Program-made: the position numbers and the translations under genes
From: an uncultured archaeon
GTDB taxonomy: Archaea > Asgardarchaeota > Heimdallarchaeia > Heimdallarchaeales > Kariarchaeaceae
DNA: 16,332 nt
Direction of reading: 5' to 3'
NCBI GenBank assembly: GCA_964645535.1
Contig: CAZYCQ010000020.1
Coordinates: forward strand, 1-16,332
Notes under the pieces: generated by a model
The model's input: only the letters and a program-made list of their open reading frames with translations
Told to the model about the DNA's origin: nothing
Databases searched by the model: none
Shown here: piece by piece, positions 1-8,351 of the stretch
How positions within the stretch are numbered: position 1 is the first letter of the stretch
How the letters are laid out: every line of letters begins with the position of its first letter

Positions 1-188
1 CATCTAGGGGGTAAAGCCACTTATCATTTGAATTTGCAATTATGGTTAAACTTGAAATTGGATTCTATCTATCGGTCGTTTCAATTGGCTTTGTTAACAA
101 TCTCCTTTGCAATTGCTATCTTTTTGCCAATTCGAATTCTTTCATTGTTTTCCTTGTCTCTATCGAAACAAAATTTAGTCAACATTTA

Positions 189-216
189 ATTGCGTATAGC
201 AAGAATTATACGCAAT
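189..216. repeat. 28-bp inverted repeat with 11-6-11 architecture (ATTGCGTATAG-CAAGAA-TTATACGCAAT); candidate Xer dif / tyrosine-recombinase site
   Basis: Perfect 10-bp arms (189-198 and 207-216) in AT-rich flanks; geometry and the TATAA inner arm match dif-type sites. Function is inferred. Confidence 0.5.
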
Positions 217-761
217 AATTTTCATTGTGGACATAGATTATCGCTTTTGAATGATCGCATTTGGCTTCTTCTCTATTTTCAAGAGGAATTTGCGGATCAA
301 ATCCACTATCTTGTTTCAAGCCTTGCTTTTTCAACGCCATCTCATCGGTCAGCCATTTTTCATTTCATCAAGCATATTTAAAATTGCTTGGTTGACCTTA
401 TCGATTTGGTTGCAACTCCTGTGCCAATTAGATGGACACAAATCTTTTTTCTGAGCATTTCAAAATGGTTTTTCAAATCAAGGAACAACTGATTTCTTTT
501 CATTGAAGGTTGCTAATTTCGTTTCCTTTGTCTTTTCTTTCTTTTTAACTTTGATCCGGATAGAAGAAGTAAGAGGAACCAAACACCTTGGAGTCCTACT
601 TGATTAATGTCGGTGCTTTGTTGTTTTCCAAAATTAATAATTTCAATTTCTATGGTTGAATGTAGCCCTTCTGCCATCAGAATTTTGTCTTTTGTTGTGG
701 TTATGTCCCAAATGCGTTGTTCAATTGTTTTTGTGTTGTCGTACAATTCTTCCAATTTCAT
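206..761 (-). pseudogene. Possibly degraded coding sequence or short hypothetical ORFs (includes 513..761, 82 aa)
   Basis: Purine-rich minus strand gives protein-like fragments in several frames broken by stops; no recognisable family. Confidence 0.25.
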
Positions 762-868
762 TGTTTGAACGTCAACTTACATTACCTTGATTCTAACGTT
801 TTCTTCACCAGTTTCTCGGACAAAAGACATGTTTATCAACGCAACTCTTGCGGTATTTGGCGTTATAG

Positions 869-1738
869 TCAATACCAATGGAACAAACCAGTGTCCATCA
901 GGGAATGTGATTTTGATCCATTAAATGCAAATTCTGAAAACCTTGCGAATTGGTATGTGAGAAAATATCCTGAATCAAAATAATAATCAATAAAACAGTT
1001 GTATACTGACATCTGTCCACAATAATCAACTACAGTTTCCTTAATTCCAACTTCTCCTGTGGTTGGTTGATATGAAAGAATGACAGTATGAGCCAAAACA
1101 GTTCCATTTACTTTCGCAGGTTGGTTAATTATTACATAGATTTCTCCATTCTCAGAAAGCTGTAGGGAAAGGGTGATTGTTCCTCCTGTTTCTTCGACAT
1201 TTTCGATATAGTTGCTAACGGAATTTAATTCAAAATTCCACAATTGATCAATTTTGCCCGTTGTAATATCGTATCTCTTCAGCCTATTGTGGCTAGGGAA
1301 AACACCCTGTGGATCAAAATCGGTTACCATAAAATAAATCATTTCGTCATTTATCATTGCCGATGTAGATGTGTCAAAAATCTCTTTTGCCTCTCCTTGC
1401 TCTTCAAAGGCATAGAGAAAAAATCTGTTGCTGGATGACGATGTGGAATTTCGGATAAAAAAAAGACCAAATTTCTCAGTTGCCGATATTACTCCCGAGT
1501 ATTTTCCTATGAACTGTATTGTACTCTGTTCTGCTGTTTCTGAGTTATAAACGTGAAAAATAATTATACCGTCTTTTTTTGATTGGGAAAAAATCATTGG
1601 ATACATGACTTGGATTGAATCTATTTGGTCTGAAACATCGATCTCAATTGTATCAACAATAGGTGTTGCAAAGGCGGGGTAGCAAAGCAAAAAAATGGAC
1701 AAGGTGCACGCTATAAATTTCATAAACATAATTTTCAC
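869..1738 (-). CDS. Hypothetical secreted protein (signal peptide, beta-rich extracellular domain)
   Basis: 289-aa ORF; N-terminus MKFIACTLSIFLLCYPAFA|TP looks like a Sec signal peptide. True start may be ATG 1729 or 1723. Confidence 0.7.
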   Translation of the reverse strand: MKIMFMKFIACTLSIFLLCYPAFATPIVDTIEIDVSDQIDSIQVMYPMIFSQSKKDGIIIFHVYNSETAEQSTIQFIGKYSGVISATEKFGLFFIRNSTSSSSNRFFLYAFEEQGEAKEIFDTSTSAMINDEMIYFMVTDFDPQGVFPSHNRLKRYDITTGKIDQLWNFELNSVSNYIENVEETGGTITLSLQLSENGEIYVIINQPAKVNGTVLAHTVILSYQPTTGEVGIKETVVDYCGQMSVYNCFIDYYFDSGYFLTYQFARFSEFAFNGSKSHSLMDTGLFHWY

Positions 1739-1849
1739 ACATATTATTTAAGGGGGTCTCTCCATAGAATGTATTTTGAGAGATGTTTTTTCTCTACGGG
1801 TGCATGTCAGTCGCCTTTCTCGAAAAATTAAAATTTCAGGCATCCCAAT

Positions 1850-2620
1850 TCACGTTTCGATGAGGAGAATCACCATTCCAATGAAAAGATCGGGAATTGC
1901 AGCAACTGCTGCAAAAATTGCAGATTCCTTTTCAGTTTTGCCTAAGAGATAATGGGTTCCCGCAAACGAAACCAGCATTCCTCCTATAAATGAAACAACA
2001 AAGAGAATGGTGTTGATATCTGTCGAAAAGACAACTCCTGAATGATATGCCAGAAGAAGCCCAAGTCCCATCACACTCGCCGGAATCATTGAGTAAAATC
2101 TAACAAGTATTGCAAAACGAATTTTGTCCTTGATGTGAAAAATCGACGAAACATAGGCAAGTATTCCTATTCCCAAAACAAGGGAGACAATGTCGACAAC
2201 AAAAGATGAGATTTTAAACGTAGCATAGATTGCACCTCCCGCAATTGCTATATCCAATTGAGCCATATGGATCATCAAAGCCAAAATTAAAATCATCAAG
2301 ACTTGAGTTCCTCTATTTGTAAAAATGTCTTCCAAGGGATTTCCTTTGAATTCCAACTCATCTACTGAGGGTGTTTTGTTTTCACTTTGGATTAATCCAT
2401 GTTTTTCCACAAGTTTTTTTCCAAGTTCTGTAATGGAATAAAGTCCATGTGCTTGTTTTTCAACGAATGGTTCCAGCAGTTTGAGGTGGTGATACACTGA
2501 TCCTGGTTTCAACCCGGTATGGGTTGCCAAATCTTGATATCATTTTGGAGATTCATAAATCAGTAAAAGAATGTTTTTTCTTGTCTCATTTCGAATTTTA
2601 TCCTCAAAAACAAACTCCAT
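1850..2620 (-). pseudogene. ArsR-like winged-helix domain fused to a multi-pass membrane domain, interrupted by an in-frame TGA at 2542-2540
   Basis: From ATG 2620: MEFVFEDKIRNETRKNILLLIYESPK*YQDLATHTGLKPGSVYHHLKLL...YSITELG, a continuous ArsR-type HTH across the stop, followed by about 5-6 hydrophobic helices. Confidence 0.75.
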
Positions 2621-2677
2621 GTCTTCCAACTAATCCAGAACCCCTATGCCTCCTTTTACGCTAGAAACATTAAAAAT

Positions 2678-3708
2678 TCATTTCTTTTTCCACACTATCA
2701 ATGCTACAACTAAGATCATTAAACTTCCAGCCAAAATAAGGGCGGTTTCATTGGGAAGGCCTAGGATTTCTGCGAAGCTCTTTAGATCCTCTTGAGAAAA
2801 CATGGAGCCCAAACTCTGATCAAATTGCTGAATTGTCTCTTCATCAATGGACAATCTCGGATCATAATAGATGGAACTTCCTTGTTCAAATGACAAGGCG
2901 ATTGTCCCATTGCTTCCAGTTGCTACCACATCACTCTCAGTACCATCAATATTTGCAGTTCTGTCCCATGTGAAAAGCATTGGAAGCATGCTATGATTTG
3001 CTATGACCTTGCTGTCATTCATGTGGGTGAACCTTGCTATTCTGTCCATTCTATGCTGATCTGCAACCAGACTTCCTTGGAAAGAATGGATTTCATGGAG
3101 GACTGCAAGTTTCGATGAACTGTCTGCGAAAGGATAGTTGATGTCATATGACCATTTCCACTCATTAGGTAGGTTTGAAGTTGTATTTACTTCAAGAATG
3201 AGTGAAAACGTTGAATTATCCAATGTTGATGTCCTATAGGTGACTATACCACTTTCATTGACAAACTCTACTGGGGATAGATTTGTTGAATTCAATTTCA
3301 ACGCCGAAATTACTGTATCATCTTCTGTATATCCATCCCCGAGTTCATCCTTGTATTCTACGAGTTCGGTAATTAGAACCGACATGGTATGTTTCATGTC
3401 CTGATGCATTTTTTCCATTCCCCTTCCACGCATCATATCCTCCATATCGGCAGTTTGACAGATAGTGTTATGTTGATTGCCTCATCTACCGTCACATTTC
3501 CCTCGATAATCATATTCTCTCCCATACCAATGTATCCTTGTCTTCCTACCATTGGCCGATGAGGCATACCTGGCATATCAGGCATTCCGGGTCGATGATT
3601 TCCGTCTCGATCCATTGGATCATGGGGACCATCTCCAATAACCACAATCGTTGATAACAACAATGCAGTTGTCAGCAACAGTCCGATGAAAACTTGTTGT
3701 GCTTTCAT
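2678..3708 (-). pseudogene. Met/His-rich membrane-anchored extracellular protein split by a one-base frameshift (ORFs 3433..3708 and 2678..3445)
   Basis: Upstream ORF carries the signal peptide and Met-rich segment; downstream ORF continues the Met-rich segment and ends in a TM helix plus KKK. One extra A near 3454-3456 gives ...TLSVKTADMEDMMRG. Confidence 0.7.
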
Positions 3709-3800
3709 GTTTCCAATTTTCTCGTCCTATTTAATGGACATTTATTTCAAAAAAATTTCAAATTTGTTGAAAATCCGTTGAAAAACCACTAGAAATCAAT

Positions 3801-4433
3801 TTAATTTTTTTCGGCATGGTTAGATATTTTCTTGGTTATGCCAATAAGTATTGCAGCTATCAACAAATATCCTATGAAAATCATCAAAACAAAAAGAAGC
3901 GTTGTTGACCATCCATTTTCATCTGCATTCAAAAACCCATATACGTATGAAGGGTCTATTCCGGTTGCTCCAAGAGAAAGTGCAAAAACCGCATAAAAAA
4001 TAGGAAATATCACCCATTCCTTGAGATATGACCATTCATACTCCTCCCGTTCCCATATGAGCCACCCCACAAGAAATCCTGTAGGTGCCAGATAATGCAA
4101 TGAAATGTTGGTGTATGTCCAAAATGTTTGATCTGTGGAACTAAGAAGGAAGTGATAGGCAATCATAACCAAAGTCAAGTAGGACACAACTGCGCCATGG
4201 TATTTTCCCTTCAATTTTTTCAGCTTATCAGGATCATTTCTCCAATAAATCCAAAACCCGAGCCAAATGATCCCCAAAAGGTTTGCTTGATTGGTCAAGT
4301 ATTTCCACCTGCTCAAGGATGCAAGTGTTGGTGTATTGATGATTGCAGTAATCTGAAGTTGTATCTGCGTCTCAAGGGCGAGTAAAAAGAGGGCTATCCT
4401 ATATAGTAATTCTTGTTTTGTGATAGATGCCAT
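3801..4433 (-). CDS. Pr6Pr / FAR-17a-AIG1-like integral membrane protein
   Basis: About six TM helices with WKYLTNQANL, YHFLL, LHYLAP and YVYGFLN motifs typical of the family. Confidence 0.75.
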   Translation of the reverse strand: MASITKQELLYRIALFLLALETQIQLQITAIINTPTLASLSRWKYLTNQANLLGIIWLGFWIYWRNDPDKLKKLKGKYHGAVVSYLTLVMIAYHFLLSSTDQTFWTYTNISLHYLAPTGFLVGWLIWEREEYEWSYLKEWVIFPIFYAVFALSLGATGIDPSYVYGFLNADENGWSTTLLFVLMIFIGYLLIAAILIGITKKISNHAEKN

Positions 4434-4496
4434 TAACCTGCTTGTTTACAATTTTTTTATAAATTTTTCTTGAAACAAACAACCCTGATCTGAACT

Positions 4497-5504
4497 TCAA
4501 ACTCCTAATCCCAAATGCAATGACCTTCTACTTAATAAAGTGGGTGGCACAGTCATTTGATAAAAAAGATTTTCACTTTGAATTGTGTCTTTTACTTTTT
4601 CGGCCAAAGCGGCTTTTTCGTCTGTAATTCCCCATACATAGATCGAAGTCCTTACATTGTTCATGATCTCTTGGAAAGGAATTAAGGCTTCCGTGAACTT
4701 TTCGATCTCCTGTTCTGTTTTTGGAAGCTCATCTGTCCAAGGGAACAGATGGACTAGAAGATGGGGTGAAATGGTCCTCAAACTTTCTATTCCTTGTCCA
4801 AAATGTTCCAATGCACCATCTAGATAATTGGTTTGTGGGTCAAACATGATTTCAGGCATCACTGTGATTTTCTTGACCTGATGGACATTTGAAATAAGTG
4901 TGGATACCATTTTGGTAAGTCTTTCTGCCCTGAATTGCACCCATCTTGCAAATAATCTTTCGTTCCTTTTCAATTGTTCAATCGAAAAATCTCTGTCAAG
5001 CATTGCCATATTGGAAAATTCCCTTCTGCAATTATCACAAAAACAGGTGTTGATTCTTGGGAAATGAAAATCTTTCAAGAGTATTCCGTCAATTGGAGCT
5101 TGAGTGATTTCCTTGGCGATTTCTGACAGATAAAACCAATATCTTGATTGGTTGGGGCATACATAGCCTTCAACAGGAAATCCTCCGCTTTGGTACATTC
5201 TGAAATTCGGATCTCTTGAGAAATAGTAGTCCAAGTTTCCATGAATCAAGGCATATGTTTTGATGCCTATATCGGACGCAATTTGTGCGAACGTGGAAAA
5301 ATAGTCCCCATATTTTTGATCTTTGGGGGCATTGTAACTTGGATAGTAAGAGGTTCCGGATTCTGACTTTGCAACCAGACAAATTTTTTCAAGGTATGTT
5401 CCATATGTCGCCAGAAATTCATCCGGAGGAATATTCATCTCCGCAGGGTCAATGACCAAGGTACCATTCTTCAGCAAAACTTGCCTTATATCCATTTCAA
5501 ACAC
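4497..5504 (-). CDS. Glycoside-hydrolase-like (GHL10/GHL6-type) TIM-barrel protein, cytoplasmic
   Basis: VCPNQ...EI...IDGILL...FP...CFCDNCRREF...W..FR pattern; no signal peptide. Start is GTG 5504 or ATG 5495. Confidence 0.6.
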   Translation of the reverse strand: MFEMDIRQVLLKNGTLVIDPAEMNIPPDEFLATYGTYLEKICLVAKSESGTSYYPSYNAPKDQKYGDYFSTFAQIASDIGIKTYALIHGNLDYYFSRDPNFRMYQSGGFPVEGYVCPNQSRYWFYLSEIAKEITQAPIDGILLKDFHFPRINTCFCDNCRREFSNMAMLDRDFSIEQLKRNERLFARWVQFRAERLTKMVSTLISNVHQVKKITVMPEIMFDPQTNYLDGALEHFGQGIESLRTISPHLLVHLFPWTDELPKTEQEIEKFTEALIPFQEIMNNVRTSIYVWGITDEKAALAEKVKDTIQSENLFYQMTVPPTLLSRRSLHLGLGV

Positions 5505-5680
5505 CCTAGAAATTTAATGCTTAATTGATTTTCCGAATTCAAAAGGCCAAAAGGGAAAGGAATCAACTTTGAATTCTCTTTGATATTGAAATAAAGTGTA
5601 ATTTCCGATTTTAGGGTGTGACCTGCCTCTTTTTTGAGGGTTGCCTTCACTTTTCACTTTTAACCCACTCCCCGTCCCGA

Positions 5681-5727
5681 ACGTAAGTTTAAACGTTAAC
5701 CCTCTCTAATTGTTATGAGGTTAAAAC
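5681..5727 (+). promoter_or_regulatory. Putative radA promoter (TATA-like TTTAAA 5688-5693) and Shine-Dalgarno GAGGT (5717-5721)
   Basis: Sequence and spacing relative to ATG 5728. Confidence 0.5.
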
Positions 5728-7026
5728 ATGGCAAGTAAGAAGAAGGTAGCCGAAACCGTTGTTGTCGAAGTTGACAATCCTTTGGATTCTATTGACTCCA
5801 CCCCAGAGGTTCCATCAAATGGAAAATCCACTCTTACGTCTAAGGACATGCAATTACTTGATGTTCCTGGCTTGGGTCCAAAAACTGCAAAGCTTTTGGA
5901 AGAAGGTGGCATTAAAACCCCTTTTGATCTCATGCAGAAGAAGCTTGGTGAATTGGAAGAGCTTGGTTTGACCCGGCCTGCTGCTAAAAAGTTAAGGACT
6001 ACAATTCGTGACCTTTTCCCAAATGAATTTGCTGATTATACTGAAGAGCTAAGTCTGGAAGACATTGAAGGAATTGGACCAACAACCGCGAAAGCACTGC
6101 GTGAAAAGGGAATAAGCGTAGGCTTACTTGAGACCACCCCTGTGAAAGAATTGGAAGAACGATACGGACTCACTGCAAATGCCGCTATGAAGTACCAGAC
6201 ATACATTGCCGAGAACATTCGAGGAGGCTTTTTCACCAATGCCTTGGAGGTTCTTGAAAAGCAACGGACATCACAATCATTCACCTTTGGTATCGAATCT
6301 CTCGATAATCTTACTTTCGTATCAGAGTTGGGAAATGGTGGCGTAAGGGCCGGTGAAACGTACGAATTTTTTGGCGCATTCCGATCCGGAAAATCACAGT
6401 TGTGTCACCAATTGGCTGTGACAGTTCAATTACCTCCTGAATTGGGTGGGCTTGGCAAGAAAGCAGTATATATCGATACCGAAGGAACGTTTTCACCTGC
6501 CAGAATAATGCAGATTGCTGAACGGTTTAAAGAGGAAAAAGGGTGGAAAAAGGATACCAAAGAAATCCTCAAGGATGTCATGTATGCTCGGGCAAAAAAC
6601 AGTGATGTACAACAGGCAATAGTCATCAAGCTTCTTGAAATGATGAGTCAAGCACCTGAGGAATATGGAATTGTCATTGTTGATTCCGTAACCGCACATT
6701 TCCGCGCGGAATATGCAGGACGGGGAACTCTTGCTGAACGACAACAAATTCTGAATGCCCATCTCAATTCTCTCCACCGACTTGCAGACACTTATGAGGT
6801 AGCCATAGTCGTAACCAACCAAGTACAGGCAAACCCTGCCCAATTCTTTGGAGATCCAACCACCGCTGTTGGAGGGAACATTATGGGTCATTGGGCAGGC
6901 ACTCGATTTTATTTGAGAAAATCAAAAGGTGAGAAACGTGTCATTCGTGTCTTCGATAGCCCTGTCCTTGCAGAAAAAGAAGCTGTCTTTGAAATTACTC
7001 CCAATGGTCTTATTTCTTCTGAATAA
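5728..7026 (+). CDS. radA: DNA repair and recombination protein RadA with tandemly duplicated N-terminal HhH domain
   Basis: Walker A GAFRSGKSQ, YIDTEGTF, Walker B IVIVDS, FRAEYAGRGTLAERQQ (L1), VTNQV...GGNIMGH (L2), FxxA motif (FTNA). Confidence 0.96.
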   Translation: MASKKKVAETVVVEVDNPLDSIDSTPEVPSNGKSTLTSKDMQLLDVPGLGPKTAKLLEEGGIKTPFDLMQKKLGELEELGLTRPAAKKLRTTIRDLFPNEFADYTEELSLEDIEGIGPTTAKALREKGISVGLLETTPVKELEERYGLTANAAMKYQTYIAENIRGGFFTNALEVLEKQRTSQSFTFGIESLDNLTFVSELGNGGVRAGETYEFFGAFRSGKSQLCHQLAVTVQLPPELGGLGKKAVYIDTEGTFSPARIMQIAERFKEEKGWKKDTKEILKDVMYARAKNSDVQQAIVIKLLEMMSQAPEEYGIVIVDSVTAHFRAEYAGRGTLAERQQILNAHLNSLHRLADTYEVAIVVTNQVQANPAQFFGDPTTAVGGNIMGHWAGTRFYLRKSKGEKRVIRVFDSPVLAEKEAVFEITPNGLISSE

Positions 7027-7049
7027 CTAGCGAAAACACTAGTTTTTTT
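7025..7049 (+). terminator. Small hairpin (AACTAG/CTAGTT) running into a T7 tract after radA; overlaps a TTTATAAT TATA-like box for mbf1
   Basis: Seen directly at the radA stop; oligo-T tracts act as archaeal terminators. Confidence 0.45.
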
Positions 7050-7082
7050 ATAATCCAAATGAGATTCTTATTTAGACCCACA

Positions 7083-7610
7083 ATGAGGAAGAACAACATA
7101 ATTTGTGAATTTTGTGGTAATGAGATTTATGGTGATCCCTTTACCATCAAGGTTGAAGGTGCCCTTCTTACTGTTTGCTCAAAATGTAAACAATTCGGAA
7201 AGGTTGTGGAAGCTCCCAAAAAGAAAGTCGCTTCTGCCTCTTCATCCTTCGGGAAACCAACAGTCAAGAGAAAAACACAATCCGTTCGAGATCCTAAACG
7301 CAAATATGTTCCAAGGAAATCTTCAGATGAGAAAACTCTAGTCGACAATTATTCTTCAAAGATTATGAGTGCACGAAACAAACAAAAAATGTCACGACAA
7401 GATCTTGCTGCAAAGACTGGAATTTCAACTTCTCAAATTGCTTCATTCGAAAGTGGAAAACTCAAACCCACTGATGCTGAAGCTAAAAAATTGGAACGGG
7501 TGCTCAAGATTTCTCTTTTTGAAGAAAGCATGGTTGATCCAGAATTCCTCGCCAAAGAAAGCAGTAAGAAATTGACTTTTGGAGATATTGTCGAAATCAA
7601 ACGCAAGTAA
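7083..7610 (+). CDS. mbf1: Archaeal multiprotein bridging factor aMBF1 (Zn ribbon plus XRE HTH)
   Basis: CEFCG...VEGALLTVCSKCKQFG zinc ribbon, HTH (ARNKQKMSRQDLA...FESGKLKP), C-terminal LTFGDIVEIK. ATG 7083 preferred over 7059 from promoter spacing. Confidence 0.93.
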   Translation: MRKNNIICEFCGNEIYGDPFTIKVEGALLTVCSKCKQFGKVVEAPKKKVASASSSFGKPTVKRKTQSVRDPKRKYVPRKSSDEKTLVDNYSSKIMSARNKQKMSRQDLAAKTGISTSQIASFESGKLKPTDAEAKKLERVLKISLFEESMVDPEFLAKESSKKLTFGDIVEIKRK

Positions 7611-7667
7611 CCTAAAAATCCCTGTTCTCAAAACCAATATTTTTACTTTCTCAATGAATCGAACCTT

Positions 7668-8351
7668 GTGAACATCGTTCTCAAAGTTGGTGGAAGCATT
7701 CTATTTGAAAATGGAAGGGTCAAAGTGGAACGAATCTCTCAATATGTTTCCCTGATCAAAAGCCTTCAGGCCGAAGGTCATTCAATTGCAGTTATTGTGG
7801 GAGGTGGTGCTCCTGCAAGAGAATATTCCAAAGTTGCCCGAGAATTGGGGGCGTCATTTACCATTCAAGACAAGTTGGGAATTGAAGCATCAAGAATGAA
7901 TGCTAGGCTCTTTCAAAGTGCCTTTGACAATGCATATCCCAATCCTCCAACTAGCTTTGATGAATTGCAGGTTGCCCTTTCGACACATGAACTTGTCTTT
8001 GTCGGAGGTATTCAACCTGGTCAGTCCACCAACGCGGTTGCAGCCTTGGTGGCGGAACTCACCCGTGCAGATTGGCTCTTTAATTGTTCAAATATTGATT
8101 TTGTCTACGACAAGGATCCTTCTCTTAACCATGATGCCAAACCTTTCGACAAGTTGACCTATTCGCAGTTTATTGACATTGTGAACAATTTGGAACAAAA
8201 GCCCAGTGGATATGCACTCTTCGATCTTGTCGGAGCAAAAATAGTTCAGCGATCCAAAATCCGTCTTTGTTTTGTCAATGGTAAAGATCCTGAAAATGTC
8301 ATCCGTGTTCTGAAAGGTGAAAACAAAGGAACTGTGGTTTATGATGAATAA
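7668..8351 (+). CDS. pyrH: Uridylate kinase (archaeal type)
   Basis: IVLKVGGS, VIVGGGAPAREY, GGIQPGQSTNAVAA, NIDFVYDKDP motifs. Confidence 0.95.
   Translation: MNIVLKVGGSILFENGRVKVERISQYVSLIKSLQAEGHSIAVIVGGGAPAREYSKVARELGASFTIQDKLGIEASRMNARLFQSAFDNAYPNPPTSFDELQVALSTHELVFVGGIQPGQSTNAVAALVAELTRADWLFNCSNIDFVYDKDPSLNHDAKPFDKLTYSQFIDIVNNLEQKPSGYALFDLVGAKIVQRSKIRLCFVNGKDPENVIRVLKGENKGTVVYDE

Noticed and set aside
81-185. 34-aa minus-strand ORF (MLTKFCFDRDKENNERIRIGKKIAIAKEIVNKAN)
   Set aside because: Too short and without recognisable motifs to support.
2540-2542. Genome-wide TGA reassignment
   Set aside because: TGA terminates several clearly complete genes here (Ub, E1, 10335 ORF), and TGG is used for Trp.
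5655-5680. G-quadruplex on the minus strand (GGGACGGGGAGTGGG)
   Set aside because: Only three runs of three or more G.
5728-7026. Intein explaining the long RadA
   Set aside because: The ATPase core is continuous around Walker A with no intein N- or C-terminal motifs; the extra length is N-terminal.
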